Shown piece by piece: positions 40,521 through 53,789 of a stretch of DNA of 64,000 nt. Source of the stretch: Octopus sinensis (Eukaryota); the NCBI RefSeq assembly GCF_006345805.1, contig NC_043011.1:19170464-19234463 (forward strand), in the 5' to 3' direction. The notes under the pieces are model-generated. The model was not told the origin of the DNA and searched no databases. It saw nothing but the letters and a program-made list of their open reading frames with translations. Positions within the stretch are counted from its first letter, which is position 1; each line of letters opens with the position of its first letter. The position numbers and the translations under genes were made by a program.

Positions 40521-42440
40521 TCATTAATAGACGAATTATAAACTTGGAAGTTCACTGCATGTAATTTCAGACATTTAATTGCTTTATATCTGAGACTTAT
40601 TGAAAAAGCCAGGAATACAGACAAGATTTCAACCGCTTAATATACAAAATGTGACTATATCGTTGTTATTTTATTTAAGAAATTATTCCGCATACGTTTA
40701 ATATGTATTTTTCGTACGTTTCTGTTAACTGCACGAAAATATTATGTGTCCATAAATGTTTTTTTTCCGTTATAGCCATATTTTTAAGAAAACGTATACA
40801 ACTTGTTCATGCAAAAGTGTTATTAGGAGAGTAAAGATAATGAAATAAATGAGAGAATGGTCGTGACGAGCATAAACATATCAACGGTGAGGAGGTTTGC
40901 ATCAACGGGAATGACGATGGGTATGATAATTATGATGATCATCATGACCATGGCCATGATGATGATGCGTGTTTAGTGTCTAGTATATAAAAGGACGGAG
41001 AAAACCGTCAAACATAGAAAATAATGTACTATTAGTGATACTTAAGAAAGTTTCATGAATGGGAATCCTATAATGCCTTTTCATTATGAAGACATCCCAC
41101 TCAGAGTCGAAGACGGTAAACGCACGTCTACTACACCGACTTCAACCCAATCGATACTTTATTATTTATAGTCGAATATTGTCTCGTATATTTAAACTTA
41201 CTGGTAAATATAGTGACAAGCGAAATAGTAAACGAAGGTAGGAAGAAAGGATGAGTGCAGACGAAGCATATCTGCAAAATATTTCCATTAAAATACCAAT
41301 GGAATAAGACATAGAATTCCTTAACCAATTTGTGATTTATGATAAGTAGATTAAAATATTGCACGGGGTTTTAGATGTACAGAGAAAAATATATACTCGA
41401 TATATCTGTCCTCTCCAAAACTTGAACTTATTGGTTGTATTGAACCATAATGTTAATCAATTCTATGGAACTTCGTAAATGAATGCGATGGAAGTAAATT
41501 CACAGTGATTTACGTCGCGAGTTGCATTAAAATGCATTTACGTAGTTCTATGTGAATACTACGTGAACTGTGAATAACGTGTGCTAGGAAAACGATTCAT
41601 TAGATTAATATAAACTAAACTGCTTGTCAACGAATTGACAGTCCATGAAAACAAATTCAGAATATAAGAAACGCTACACTGAAGGATAAAATTTCATTGC
41701 CTCACTCATGTATAGGTAACTTTTACTATACAATAAATAATATAGTGGAACCATTCCATCTTATGCCGTAGCCTGCGATCCATCATGACAGTCCCTGGGC
41801 TGAAAATGCTTCCTCTTACTTCTTCCAATTGATACGGTTAAAAATTATTAGTTGTGTTCTCAGTCTTCCTCTTTCACAAATATTTGAGATGAGATCGACA
41901 GGCCTCCCATATAAACTGTAGTGAAATTATTACAGAAAACTAAAGTACGACTAGCCATTATATTTATAACTATATTCTTTTAGGATTCGGTAGGATGTGA
42001 AGCAAATTAGTTAGGATTTGAACATAGATCGTGAAGTCTCGAGAGAAATCGCACCCAGAATTTGACCAACATACTATATAAACTGTCACCCGAATACCTC
42101 CATAGTTAATTAGGTAATTGATTTTAAGAAGTTTGATCTCGATGCATAAATTTATCGTATGTCAGATGTCAAATGTCAGGATGGATAAATATTTAGTAAT
42201 AACAGACACAAGATTGGAAGCGATTTATGTAAAGGAGTGACTAGTACTGAAATATACACCAAGGTACATATACGGAATATGCATTTAATATTATCCATAT
42301 TTAAATAATGGATTGATGTCATGAGATATCGGAGAAGTCAAAATGCAAACGTCAGAAAGTATTGACCATATTGTCACTGCAGAACATTCATCTTATATAC
42401 TAAAATGCGTATGTTGTATGTTAATTTATATTTAGCTTTC
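39050..42440 (+). pseudogene. Degenerate module copy (end of X, Y, Z and downstream blocks); segmental paralog of 53790-56360
   Basis: 39340-39770 matches 53790-54215, 41010-41750 matches 55210-56000, and 42220-42440 matches 56110-56360. In Z the differences are enriched at third codon positions, and the only indel in about 200 bp is 3 nt. Confidence 0.65.
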
Positions 42441-43029
42441 AGTAATCTTATTACCAACGATGTCTAAAGTATATCTATACTTACACTGAAATACAATAAT
42501 AATTGTAATTATGTGCAGTATATCTACACCTCTTTCGTATAGTCATCACTGCTTCATGTTAACTGAATTTTGTTGTCTTCTGTTAGATTTTCCTTACTTC
42601 ATCAGGCCGTACACATCAATAATTTCAGTGGTTCTGACCTGGTGTATGTGTTTATCTGTTTTTTCCTCTTTGTAGTTAGGTGTTCGACTGATATTATATT
42701 TCATTAAACTTGCTTGTTTTCTTGGGTCTTGTATGATCTATGTCGTTTTGAGTTTCGGTTTTCTTATGGGTGCTTTTACTTTCCTCTCCTAAATTGTTTA
42801 CTTCTTTGTGTGACCAGTTCTGTCGTTATTTCATTTTAGTCGCGTCATCAATTTTTGGTATGTGGCTGCCTCTGCCATGTCCATTTCTGTTTTTAAACTC
42901 TCGTACAATGAATCTTCACACTTTTCTCAGTTCAGTTCGTTCGCTTTATTTACCTTTACACCTCTGCTTTTTGTTTTTATCTCTCCATAGCTTATTTTTG
43001 GTGCCTCTCTTGGAGGGCCGTGAGCTTTG

Positions 43030-44800
43030 GATACATATGTCCAGGATTCTTTGAAAAATATGGTTCTCATTCGGACATTGACTAGATAAAGATACACAAA
43101 AGACATAGCCAAAACACCAGGACTTATGAATATAACATAAAGAAAGTAGCGAGTAGGTACCTCACACATCCCACATAAATCACTTTCGATACAGTGAAAA
43201 GAAGAACACCGAATCAAATCACAATAGATACCCAAGGCACACAGACAGTTTCTTGCCATCGTTTTACCATGGTATGTTGTAGTTTTAGCTTTAGCGTAGA
43301 TTTTCGTTACTTTACAGCTTTTCTAGTTTGTTCCTTTTCTTCGGAGTTGTCAGGTATTATGATCTCGTTCTTGAACTTTTCGGCTTCCTTGAAAACAGAA
43401 ATGGACAGGTATTGATACTTATTATCTTGCTTTTCGCTTTCACCTATTTCAAGTATAAATGTAACTCATCTGTAGGATTTCTGCTTTATCTTCTCTTTCA
43501 TTTGTGTCTTGTATTCTCTCTAGTTTTTGACTCCTTAGTATCTGTATGTTTGGTTTCGGTATAATAAGTATATTTAATTTTCTTTTCTTAGTGTGATATT
43601 GTAATTCTTAGCTAGTTCTCATTTCAATGTTGCTTTAACACTTTTTTCTAAGCTGAATTTTATGTAATTTCTTTGGTAAATCCCAAGTAAGTTGTTTATC
43701 ATTTCCAGCATACAGTTTTAGATCTTCCATATACAAGAGGGGGTTGACTGTTTTACCGTAGCAGTTGCATTTGCATTTATTTTCTGTTTAACATGTCAGA
43801 AAAAAAAACTGGAGAGAGCGCGTCTCCAGGAAATATGTCACACCTAGTGGGAATGACCTTAATTTTTATAACTATCTCTTCTGTCTGGAATTTCAGAACA
43901 AACTGTCATTTATTCATGGTAAGTTTTCTATATTTTCTTGTTGTTTTTGGTACCTTATTTATATTTAGTGTTTGAGTAATCGATCCAAGCTAGGCCTAGA
44001 AACTTCGTAACAGTTTGGCTGTCTTCAGCGAGGGTTTAATTGATCAATAATTCACATTGCAGTCATATGAGGCTTTGCAACATTCCTTCTGCCTTTCTAG
44101 AAACAACATATTTCCTACTACATGTGTGTCCATTTTCAACCATATTATTGCAGTTAAGGCCTTCTAAGTTGTAGGAAGATATGTTATGGGTCTGAGTTTT
44201 GTGGCTTTTAATTACTTGATTATATTAGTTTTCAAATTATTATAATCATGTTTTCCGAATTCATCATTCCCAGTTCGTAGGTTCGCTTCGCATTCATTTC
44301 CGTTTATAGATGTGTTTCACTGCTTACTTCTTTGTGTTGCTCACGTTATGTCTATATGCGAGTTTTACAACCCCAGTTGTTATGTTATTGCTAGATATTA
44401 TTCAAGGGGGACTTTTTGCGCTTTCATGACGTAATTTTCCTTGTAAGTGCTCTATTTCAATTTCTGCTGTCTTTTGTTTTCAGAATGTATCACTTTATAT
44501 TGGCTAGCCTCTTAAGGTTCATCGCTATATACAGAGCTGGGTTATTTTCCCTCCAGGTTTTGCATGGGTATGCTATTGCATTTGCGTTTTGTGGATAGAA
44601 CATCACTGTAAAATAAACGTGTACGATATTCCCCCATTATGTCCAGTTATACTTTTTTTTTTTATTTGCTGGACGGAAGGAATAACGTCTGATCCTTTTT
44701 TTTGGAAGAATACCGCTAGTTTCCCTTGTTAAATAGTTTAACACGTGTAATATTTCGTACACTTTCAATTGAGCACTTCTCGTTTGTTTTCTTGGGTTGT
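43030..44800 (-). mobile_element. Old rearranged R4/Dong element: RT on the minus strand, 3' end (43030-43250) inverted
   Basis: Minus strand reads IFPGDALSP and VNPLLYMEDLKLYAGND. 43080-43250 (+) resembles 25380-25555. Confidence 0.75.
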
Positions 44801-44913
44801 ATAATACAGGGATAATTTAATTTCATATTTCATATTTTGCATATAACTATTATTATTATTATTAGTAGTAGTAGTAGTAGTAGTAGTAGCAGCAGCAGCA
44901 GCAGCAGCAGCAT

Positions 44914-44960
<47 letters not shown>

Positions 44961-44961
44961 T

Positions 44962-45240
44962 TTTGAGCGGGAGGCGGTGAGCAGGCAGAATCCTTGGAAT
45001 AACGTGCAACATTTTTAGCACCATTTCGTCAGAATTTAGATGCTGAGTTTAAATTTCGCAGGAAGTGACTGATTTTCATCCTTTCGGAAACAATAAAATA
45101 AGTACCAAATGGGTACTGGGGTGGATGTAACCGCCTTGCCCACCTCCTTTCAGATTGCGGCGATTTAACAGAAACGCTAGCATGCAGGACAAATTTCGTC
45201 CGTCTTTGAGTCCAGACTTCAAATTCTGTCGAGGGGAACA
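44962..45240 (+). mobile_element. Degenerate SINE family 1 copies
   Basis: ggcggtgagcaggcagaatc..tgagtttaaattt..ttttcatcctttcgg. Confidence 0.7.
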
Positions 45241-45492
45241 CCTTCCTCTAAAATTCCATGCCTTTATTACTAACGGGACCCGTGAAAAGTCCTCAATGTA
45301 AATCTGTATACTTGTTTGTGTTTACACAAGAATGCCATTTCAAAATAAAAATTTCCTTTCAAATCCAGCCATTTATCAAAACAGTACTTTTAAGTATAAC
45401 GTTTCATCTCGGTTCAATATTTAACTATCTGCAATCTATTTATAAATCTGTAGACTCACCCGTCTATCTACCTACCTATCTATCTATCTATC

Positions 45493-48400
45493 AACGAAAG
45501 CAACAACACAACCACTTACACAGACATACATAGAAGCCTACAACATACCCCTACCCCCTACTGATTCCTTAGAAATTTCGTCGGAAGACGAAACCAGTGA
45601 GGAATGGCAAATAGCTACAAAAAGAAGGAAAATAAAGAGCAGAAGCACAACCAAACCAAATGCAAACACGAACAAAGCAGGGGGAAATACATCTCCCGAA
45701 GACATTTCAAAACCCAACACAAACAACAGCCACACCAACACCACAGAAATATATACAGCAAACATGCTCACAGCTATAGACACCAAAAACACAAATTTGA
45801 TGGAATACATCCAATCAAAAACAAACATAACAGAAGATGACATAAAAACAAACAATCACCCATACACAACACCACCAGACCACATCAAAATATTACACAT
45901 CTCCAAAAGTCTGCAACACACACTCAAAGGCATTTTCCCCAGTGCGGTTGGTAAATGCCAAAAATATCTCACAAAGAAACTGTATTGGGATCTCCTCGAG
46001 GACAAACCAAAGGAGGAGAAAGCAAAAACTTTCGAGCAGTAAGTAACCCTCTGTTCCTTTCACTTATATTCTAATTCATTAGGATTATGATGAAGATTGG
46101 TTGTGTAAATGCGCGTGGCTTGGGGTCCCCTTGGAAACAAGGGTACCTCTTAAATGACATAAAGTAACATAAGTTAGAAATCATAGCCATAAGTGAGACC
46201 AGACTCCACAATCCGCGGGCCCTAAAGACCATGTTTGGCGGACAGTTCAACATTTATTTTCCCCTTGTCTCCCGAGAATGGGCGGTAGTGGCACCACGGT
46301 ACTTTTTCGCAAGGGTCTGGATCTGAAAGTAAGGACAATATTCGTAGACCTGGAGGGTAGACTGGTCGTCCTAGATGTCGACGGCAGCAATGGGTGCGCT
46401 GTTCGACTTGTATCAGTCTACGCACCGCCCTTAACAGGTCGGGCGGATTTCTTTCAACGTCTAGAAATATTCTTGGGAACGTCTCGTCCTTTACTCTTAG
46501 TGGGGGATTGGAATGCTACCTTGGACACGCATGTAGACTACGTGGGTAGAGATAGGAATAGACGGGGATGCAAATGCCTCAGAGACCTGCTCAGACGATT
46601 TCAACTGTCTGACAGGTTCCGACTAGACCACCCGAATGCGCCAACGTGGACATGGAGCAACCGCATCGGGTCGTCGAGATCGTATCTAGATAGGATACTG
46701 TGTAGGACAGTAGACAGAGATAGCATAGGATGTCCACAATTCCACATAGTCAGCTACACGGATCACAAACTTGTGACATGTACGCTAGACTTAGGTAAGA
46801 CACTTAGGCAGGGTCCCGGATACTGGAAACTAAACGCGTCTTTCCCATCGAGACAGGTTTTCAGAGACCGGATTAGCACACTAGTAAAGAGGGCTTTGAC
46901 GGGAGCCATCATCAACAACAAATGGTGGTTTGCCCTCAAGAGAGCAGTAAAAGCAGAAGCGATTAGGTACAGCAAAGCACTAGCCATAGATAGAAATAGA
47001 GTAGAGGATGAGTTAGTTAAGAAGCTAGAAGAGGCAATTAGAAGCGGCATCGCATACGACGTTTTGGCGGCGAGGTTGGCCCTCGACCAACACTTCAACG
47101 CCAAACACGAAGGATGTGCTGTCAGAGCTAGGATGCGTGCTCTAAGGAACGAAGGTGTTGGAGCCGCGAGAGAGGCCCGAGCGGCAGAGGCGCAACAGGG
47201 CAACAAAGCCACCATTCGGTCCCTGGTAGATGAACAAGGGCGCGAATTGCTCGAGCCAAGTAAAATGTGTGAGGCCTTTCAGCAGCATTTTGCCCGACTG
47301 TTCGGGACGAGTGGAGGGCAAGAACATAGGGTGGACTTCAGTGCCTACCTACATAGCCTACCACGACTCTCAACAAGAAAGGCAGGGTGCTGCGAAGGTG
47401 CCATCACGGCGGCGGTAGTGCAGGACGCGATGGCAGAATGCTCGAGGGACAAATCACCGGGTTTGGAAGGTCTACCCTACGAGCTTTACAATTGTATGCC
47501 AGACTTGTTTGGAGATCTCTTGGCGGCGTTGTACTGCAACTGGCAGCAAAACGGGAGCATTCCTGGTTTTGTAAGCCGAGGAGCCGTAACACTGCTGAAG
47601 AAAGATCTAAACAAGGGAAATGTAATAGATAACTGTAGGCCCATCACTCTGCTTAATGCAGGCTTGAAAATTTTGGCCAAGATTCTAGCCAAGAGGTTGG
47701 CGCTTGTCATCGAGAAACTGGTCGACAAGGCGCAAACATGCGCCGTGCCAGGCCGGACCATCCATGACAACCTCCACCTGATGCGCTACATCATAGACAG
47801 GGTAGTTAAAGAACCTGGCATGGGTGGGGCGCTGATCAATTTGGATCAATCGAAAGCTTTCGATAGGGTGGACCATCGGTACTTGGAGGCGGTCCTCATA
47901 GCGGCTGGCTTCGGTCCCGTCTTCCGCGGCTGGATAGCCGCTTTGTACAGAGGCATCCGTTCGGTAACTCGCGTGAATGGACATCCATCGAGACCCTTCG
48001 ACATCGCACGTTCGGTCCGTCAGGGATGCCCACTCTCGTCGCTTCTATACGTATTGACTCTCGAGCCATTATTGCGGAAGCTGGCAACTTTGAGGGGCAT
48101 CCCGCGAGAACTGGGATGCGGGACGAGCGTGTCTGCATACGCGGACGACGTCACCGTCATAGTGTCTAGCCACCAGCACATCGAGCAGGTCGGCGAGACA
48201 CTGAAAAACTACGAAGCGGTGACTGGAGCGAAAATCAACCGGGAACAGTCAGTGGGCTTGCGACTAGGCACCTGGAGAAGCAAGCCCATGCCGTCCACCA
48301 GCTCCTCCGTCGTGGGACGTTGGACCGACGGCCCGGTTGAGTAGCTCGGGGTCTGGTTTGGTCCGGACCTCCAAGTGGAGAAGAACTGGAACGAGATAAC

Positions 48401-49965
48401 GAGTAGGGTGGTCACTCTCGCCCGGCAATGGGCCGAGAGGAAACTGTCCCTAAAAGGTCGGGCGGAGGTGGCGAACACGTACATCGCGTCCGTCATCTAC
48501 TACCTTGTCCCGACCCTACCATCACCAAACTACAACGCATTCTCTTTCGCTTCTTGTGGAAAGGATGCGTCCCGATGGTCAGGCGATCCATTTGCTGTCA
48601 ACACCCGTTAAAAGGAGGGCTGGGCATGCCGTGGTTGATGATGCGCAGACACGCGCTGAGACTGCGACATCTCTGGCTCTATGTAGACGACGGTGAACAG
48701 ATGTGGTCGCCGTTTGTGAGGCACGCTTTCCCGCAGCTCGTCTCCATAACCGAACTGCAGTCGTGGATCAAAAAGAGGCCGAGGAAGGGCGAATGGCACT
48801 GCGAGTGTCGCGTTGCTCTCAAGCAACTCTGCCGTCCTGGGTCGACCTTGAGTGACTTCAACACAACCAAAGCATTCTATAGGGGATTAGTGGAGGGGAG
48901 GTACGACGACGAACTCAGGGCGAACCTGGACGTCGACGAGGAGTACCTGACCCGCCTGTTCAGGGCGACTTTCCAGCCAGGGCCCATGGACAACTTCCAG
49001 AGATCCCTGGCCTGGCAGTGCTACCGAGAAGCGCTACCCGTTCGGGATAAGCTCTACAGACACGGCTCGAGAAACACGGGGCCGACCTGCCCGAGATGCG
49101 GTCAGAGCGACGAAACCGTTCTGCACGCATTCGTGCAGTGTCCAACAATTTTCGACCTGTGTGCTTATGTCGAACAACTGCTGTCACGTGTGGGACGAGT
49201 CGGTTTATCAGCTGAGTCTATCGTCAATATTGTCACGCCTCCTTTCTTCAAACGGGAAGGAATAGCTATTTTCATAATCCTTGTGGATATGGCGAAAGAA
49301 TGTATCTGGTGGACGCGTCTGAAAGGATTAGAGACAAACACTTTCCTCTCTGGTCAATCTCTCATCAACTTCTTCAAGTACCACTTGAAGAGGAAAGTGA
49401 AAGTAGAGAGGCAAGTTTTGTCTAGCGAATGTTTTAAAAAAAGATGGGTGAATGTAGCAAGGATGGCACGTATGAATGACGAAGCCACCTTGAGCATAAT
49501 CCTATGAACCCAGAAATTGAAAACAGAGGGTTACCCACTTGCAAACAAATGTGGTAACATATAACAATATTGACCAAGGTTACCGTGGTCTTTTTCGTAG
49601 GCTTTTCTTCCCACGGATAAACCTTACTTGCTTTCACCTTTACACCATATATCATAACACTATGATACAAGATTCCTATTGATCGTTCTTTTTTTTCCTC
49701 TTCCCCGTTTTTTCCCCTTTTTTCTTCTTTTTTCATTTCTCTTTTCTTTTGTTCCTTTTCCTTTTCCTTTTTTTTCTTTTTATTCTTTTTATTTTTTATT
49801 TTATTTATTTATTTACTTTTTTTGTTCTTTTCTTCCCTTTTACGGTCCCTCTTGATCGAAACCTACGCCACCCCCTTTTTTTTGTTTTCTTCATCCCCCA
49901 AAAGAAAAGCTCTACCTTGTAACTTGTCCCATCTGTGTGCAGCCCTGTGTGGCCAATAAATAAAC
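45493..49965 (+). mobile_element. L1/Tx1-clade LINE: partial ORF1, ORF2 (APE-RT-CCHC) with a few lesions, and 3' UTR
   Basis: ORF2 starts at 46087 (MMKIGCVNARGL) and contains VGDWN, SYLDR, TDH, RPITLLN, KAFDRV, VRQGCPLS, YADD and CPRCGQSDETVLHAFVQC. Stop at 49507, AATAAA near 49955, (TATC)n on both sides. Confidence 0.96.
46278..48344 (+). CDS. Longest open segment of LINE ORF2 (endonuclease and reverse transcriptase, 688 aa)
   Basis: Motifs as listed for the LINE. Bounded by a frameshift upstream and a premature TAG. Confidence 0.85.
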   Translation: MGGSGTTVLFRKGLDLKVRTIFVDLEGRLVVLDVDGSNGCAVRLVSVYAPPLTGRADFFQRLEIFLGTSRPLLLVGDWNATLDTHVDYVGRDRNRRGCKCLRDLLRRFQLSDRFRLDHPNAPTWTWSNRIGSSRSYLDRILCRTVDRDSIGCPQFHIVSYTDHKLVTCTLDLGKTLRQGPGYWKLNASFPSRQVFRDRISTLVKRALTGAIINNKWWFALKRAVKAEAIRYSKALAIDRNRVEDELVKKLEEAIRSGIAYDVLAARLALDQHFNAKHEGCAVRARMRALRNEGVGAAREARAAEAQQGNKATIRSLVDEQGRELLEPSKMCEAFQQHFARLFGTSGGQEHRVDFSAYLHSLPRLSTRKAGCCEGAITAAVVQDAMAECSRDKSPGLEGLPYELYNCMPDLFGDLLAALYCNWQQNGSIPGFVSRGAVTLLKKDLNKGNVIDNCRPITLLNAGLKILAKILAKRLALVIEKLVDKAQTCAVPGRTIHDNLHLMRYIIDRVVKEPGMGGALINLDQSKAFDRVDHRYLEAVLIAAGFGPVFRGWIAALYRGIRSVTRVNGHPSRPFDIARSVRQGCPLSSLLYVLTLEPLLRKLATLRGIPRELGCGTSVSAYADDVTVIVSSHQHIEQVGETLKNYEAVTGAKINREQSVGLRLGTWRSKPMPSTSSSVVGRWTDGPVE

Positions 49966-50053
49966 TTATCTATCTATATATCTATCTATATATATATATA
50001 TATATATAATATATATATATATATATGTCTATCTATCGATCTATCCATCTATA

Positions 50054-50102
<49 letters not shown>

Positions 50103-50153
50103 GTCTATATATCTATCTATATCTCTCTCTCTTTATATATATATATCTGTCTG

Positions 50154-50257
<104 letters not shown>

Positions 50258-50977
50258 TCTACCAATCTATCCATCTACTTATCTATCTATCTGTCTATCT
50301 ATCTACCTAGCTAGCTGTGTGTCTGTCTATTTATCTTATCTACCTTCTCTTCTACCGAATTATGTATCCATCAAACCTCATAATACTAATAATCATCTGA
50401 AACTATTAACAAAAGAGATGAACTATGAAGTTGCCCCAGTATGACCATAGACGTTTGTCTGGAAAATGTAATTAATAAAAGTGTAAGTTCCACAGCTATT
50501 TGATAACTAAGTTTATTTCGCTTTTATTGAAATAGCTATCGATATATCTTTTACTGCATAAACTTTTAGATCTTCATGACAGTATTTCATTACGTTAAAT
50601 ATATCGCTTTTGCCTGCGATTTGAATACGCAAATGCAGAATTATATTGATTTTCATCCTCTCTCTCTCTCTCTCTCTCGCTCTCTCTCTCTCTATCTATA
50701 TATCTATATATCTATCTATCTATTGCTCTCTGTCTCTGTCTCTCTGTGTCTCTGTCTCTCCGCCTCTCTTCCTCTTTCTTTTTCTGCCGTGCCTTCTCTT
50801 TCTATATTTTTCACTGATTCCACTATCTTCGTTTATCTGGGGGTTTTTTTCGCCTTCTCTTTCTACATATCTTTCTCCATCCGAATTATTACCCCCCCCT
50901 TCGCTTAACACACTACCAAAACACACAATATGAACAAGAAGAATGCACTTTATCATTATCATCATCACCGTCATCAC

Positions 50978-51013
<36 letters not shown>

Positions 51014-51049
51014 TATCCTCATCATCATTATCATCATCAACGCAATCAC

Positions 51050-51088
<39 letters not shown>

Positions 51089-51286
51089 AATCATCATCAT
51101 ATATCAACCGTATCTTCTATTTAATGCACTGAAGTCACCACTACAAAGTACTTGATTTGTGAGTATTATAGGTTGGTTTTAATGCATCGATTTTAAGTAC
51201 TAGTTAGAAATGCAAGCTCTCGTCATGTTATAATTATTTCTAAATCCTGGGTTTCATTATACATCTCAGTGCTTCCCAATTTTCAG

Positions 51287-51624
51287 ATGCCTCTAACAGT
51301 TATTTATTTCGTTTTCCAGATGTTTATATTTGGGACAATTATTCGTTTCTTTCAGAAATAATATATTTGATAGAGCAGATCTCTCTTTTCCCGGTCATCC
51401 TGTACAACCGTAACTCTTTTGATGCTTAACTTCATGTGCATATAACTGACAATGTTTACTATCATCTTCATCGGCACAACATTTGATGTGTGCTTATAAT
51501 ATCTATTTACCTATTTTAATCCAGAAGTGTTGCTTTCCGCGCAGTTAAATTCGAACAATGTCATGTCTGCAAAAGTACTTTTATTCCGATGTAAAACAAG
51601 AAACGCTCTGATTATTGTTTAAAA
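51287..51624 (+). pseudogene. Possible degenerate exon-like block X
   Basis: tttcAG ... GTAAGT boundaries. PEVLLSAQL is a weak match to PRILCAKL (63538). Confidence 0.3.
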
Positions 51625-51739
51625 GTAAGTCCTTCGGTTGGATATATGCTGCACTGGGCTTAATTAGTGTAGCAATCAAGAAATTGTACCAAACTTTTTG
51701 AGATTTTTGTGATTTCTTTGCCTACCATCAATCTTTAGA

Positions 51740-52570
51740 AATGACTGAAGCGTGGGCTTTCAGAGGTTCTAGTTTTCAGAGAGTCTAGTCGGCTCTGAGA
51801 ACGTTTGGCCAATTTTAGAATTTTTAAGAGCAAATCTACATTTTTTAAAATCCATATGGTTTTATAATCGAGAGAGAGAATGATTCTTGGAAGAGCTACG
51901 TTGTTCCAGAATATGTTTTCGTACAAGTGAGATGAGGTCTCAATCGATCGAAGAAGCAACGGAAAGTTTGAGAGCATCAGTAATAAGTGACATGCCGCTC
52001 CTGATTCCAAGAAATTTAGGTCGAAGAGTGGGATGATTGGAATGATTGGGTAACCGATTCGTGGGGCTGACATCGGTGCCTAATCCGGTGATATGCTGCA
52101 AAAACAGCATCGGCATCGGTGAGTTCCGACAGCCTGATAGGAATCTGCCTGCGAAAGTGGTCCATACTTGTCTATTCTGTATAGATTCTAGAGCCACTGC
52201 TGCATAAAACGGGTGACTTATTTTTTTTAGTTCTCCGAAAACAATTTTTATCCCAAGCAAACTCGGATGTGAAAGGTGCGGGAAGCATGCTGAACTGACA
52301 AGTACCACTCTGTAAAGAAATACGAATCAGTAATAGGAGCAAAAATAAAGATACATGTCGAGGAGCTTGCCGTTCTTCACCTGGAGAGGCGCGCCCATGC
52401 TGGCTTACGGCGTTAATTCGGCACAGAAAGAACCGATTATATTCTAGATGTTTGATTTGCTTTATATCTCCCACTGGACAAAATCTGGGATATGGTAAAG
52501 AAAAGAGTGGGGCATCTCACTGAGAAATGCTTTGAGAGGAAGCTGACCAAGGTAGCGAACGCCTTAATCA
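51740..52570 (+). mobile_element. Old L1/Tx1-clade RT fragment
   Basis: GC-richer than its flanks. ctagagccactgctgcataaa and atcccaagcaaactcggatg match 48060-48120. Confidence 0.65.
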
Positions 52571-52799
52571 CCTTCGTCATGTACTACTTCCTGGCGGTAG
52601 TAGTCTTTTAGCATTGCTTTTGTTGTAAATATGGGTACGTGTACAAACCAATCTCCTTTTTTCCGTTTTGTACCAATTTCTTTGGTACCTTTTACGTGGG
52701 CCCTTGGGGACAATGAACAAAACATTATGCATAACAGCAGTAACAGATGTTGCTACAACTACCACCAGTAGTCCTGGTACTACTGCTGGTGCTACTATG

Positions 52800-52874
<75 letters not shown>

Positions 52875-52983
52875 TCAGGGGCAATGGCAGCGGCAACAAT
52901 AGCGGTGGGGGCAAAAGCAGTGGCGGCAGCAACAGCAGCAGTGGCGGCAATAACAGCAGCAGTGACGACAGCAGCAACAGAAC

Positions 52984-53340
52984 GGAGGCGCAATGACCCA
53001 ATGGTTAGGGCAGCGGACTCACGGTCGGAGGATCGCGGTTTCGATTCCCAGACTGGGCTTTGTGTGTGTTTATTGAGCGAAAACACCTAAAGCTCCCCGA
53101 GGCTCCGACAGGGGGTGGTAGCGACACATGATGTACTCTTTCGCCCCAACTTTCTCTCATACTTTCTTCCTGTTTCTTGTCCCCGACTTCCTAAGCAACC
53201 GCTGAGACTGGATGCGCATTCATCTATCCGTCAATGCTCTCGGTGTCGGGGTTTGACCTGCTTTCTCCTCTGCGGGTCTTACGAATAGCAAAGGACCACG
53301 TTTTGGACGTCTCCCACTCTGCGACAAAGACCGCTTCACT
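52984..53340 (+). mobile_element. tRNA-derived SINE family 3
   Basis: A box tgacccaatggttagg, B box gtttcgattccc, unique body, (CAA)n tail. Confidence 0.85.
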
Positions 53341-53399
53341 CAACAACAACAGCAACAGCAGCAACAGCAGCACCAGCAGCCGTAGTATTAGTAGAGATG

Positions 53400-53439
<40 letters not shown>

Positions 53440-53789
53440 GGGTGGGGGTGGTGTGATGTGGTGGTCGAATTTATTCCTGCACGTACCATTAGGAAATGAT
53501 AATTTTTACATAGTTTGATAGTTACTTGAAAAGTTGCCGAGCTGATTTTTCATGATACAAACGATTATTCAAATAAATATCAATTTATTTATAATATTTA
53601 TAATATTAGGTCGAGTAAAATGAAACGTTGAAGTAGAAAGCTTCACAAACGTCACAATTATAAGTGGAAATAACTTATTTCATCGTTTTTGTTATTTTTT
53701 TTGGTATTCTTTTTTGCCTATTATAGCTCCATTTGAATTTTCTTTGATATTTATATAGTAGTTGACATAGAATATGATTATCTCATATA

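Noticed and set aside
46763-48496. Antisense ORFs over the LINE
   Set aside because: Shadow frames of the GC-rich ORF2.
52984-53060. tRNA-like sequence (also at 20010-20080)
   Set aside because: It continues into a SINE body and tail and lacks a closed acceptor stem, so these are SINE heads rather than tRNA genes.
52577-53090. Mucin-like Thr/Ala ORF and antisense poly-Val ORF
   Set aside because: They consist of (TAG)n/(CAG)n repeats plus a SINE head, with no gene context.
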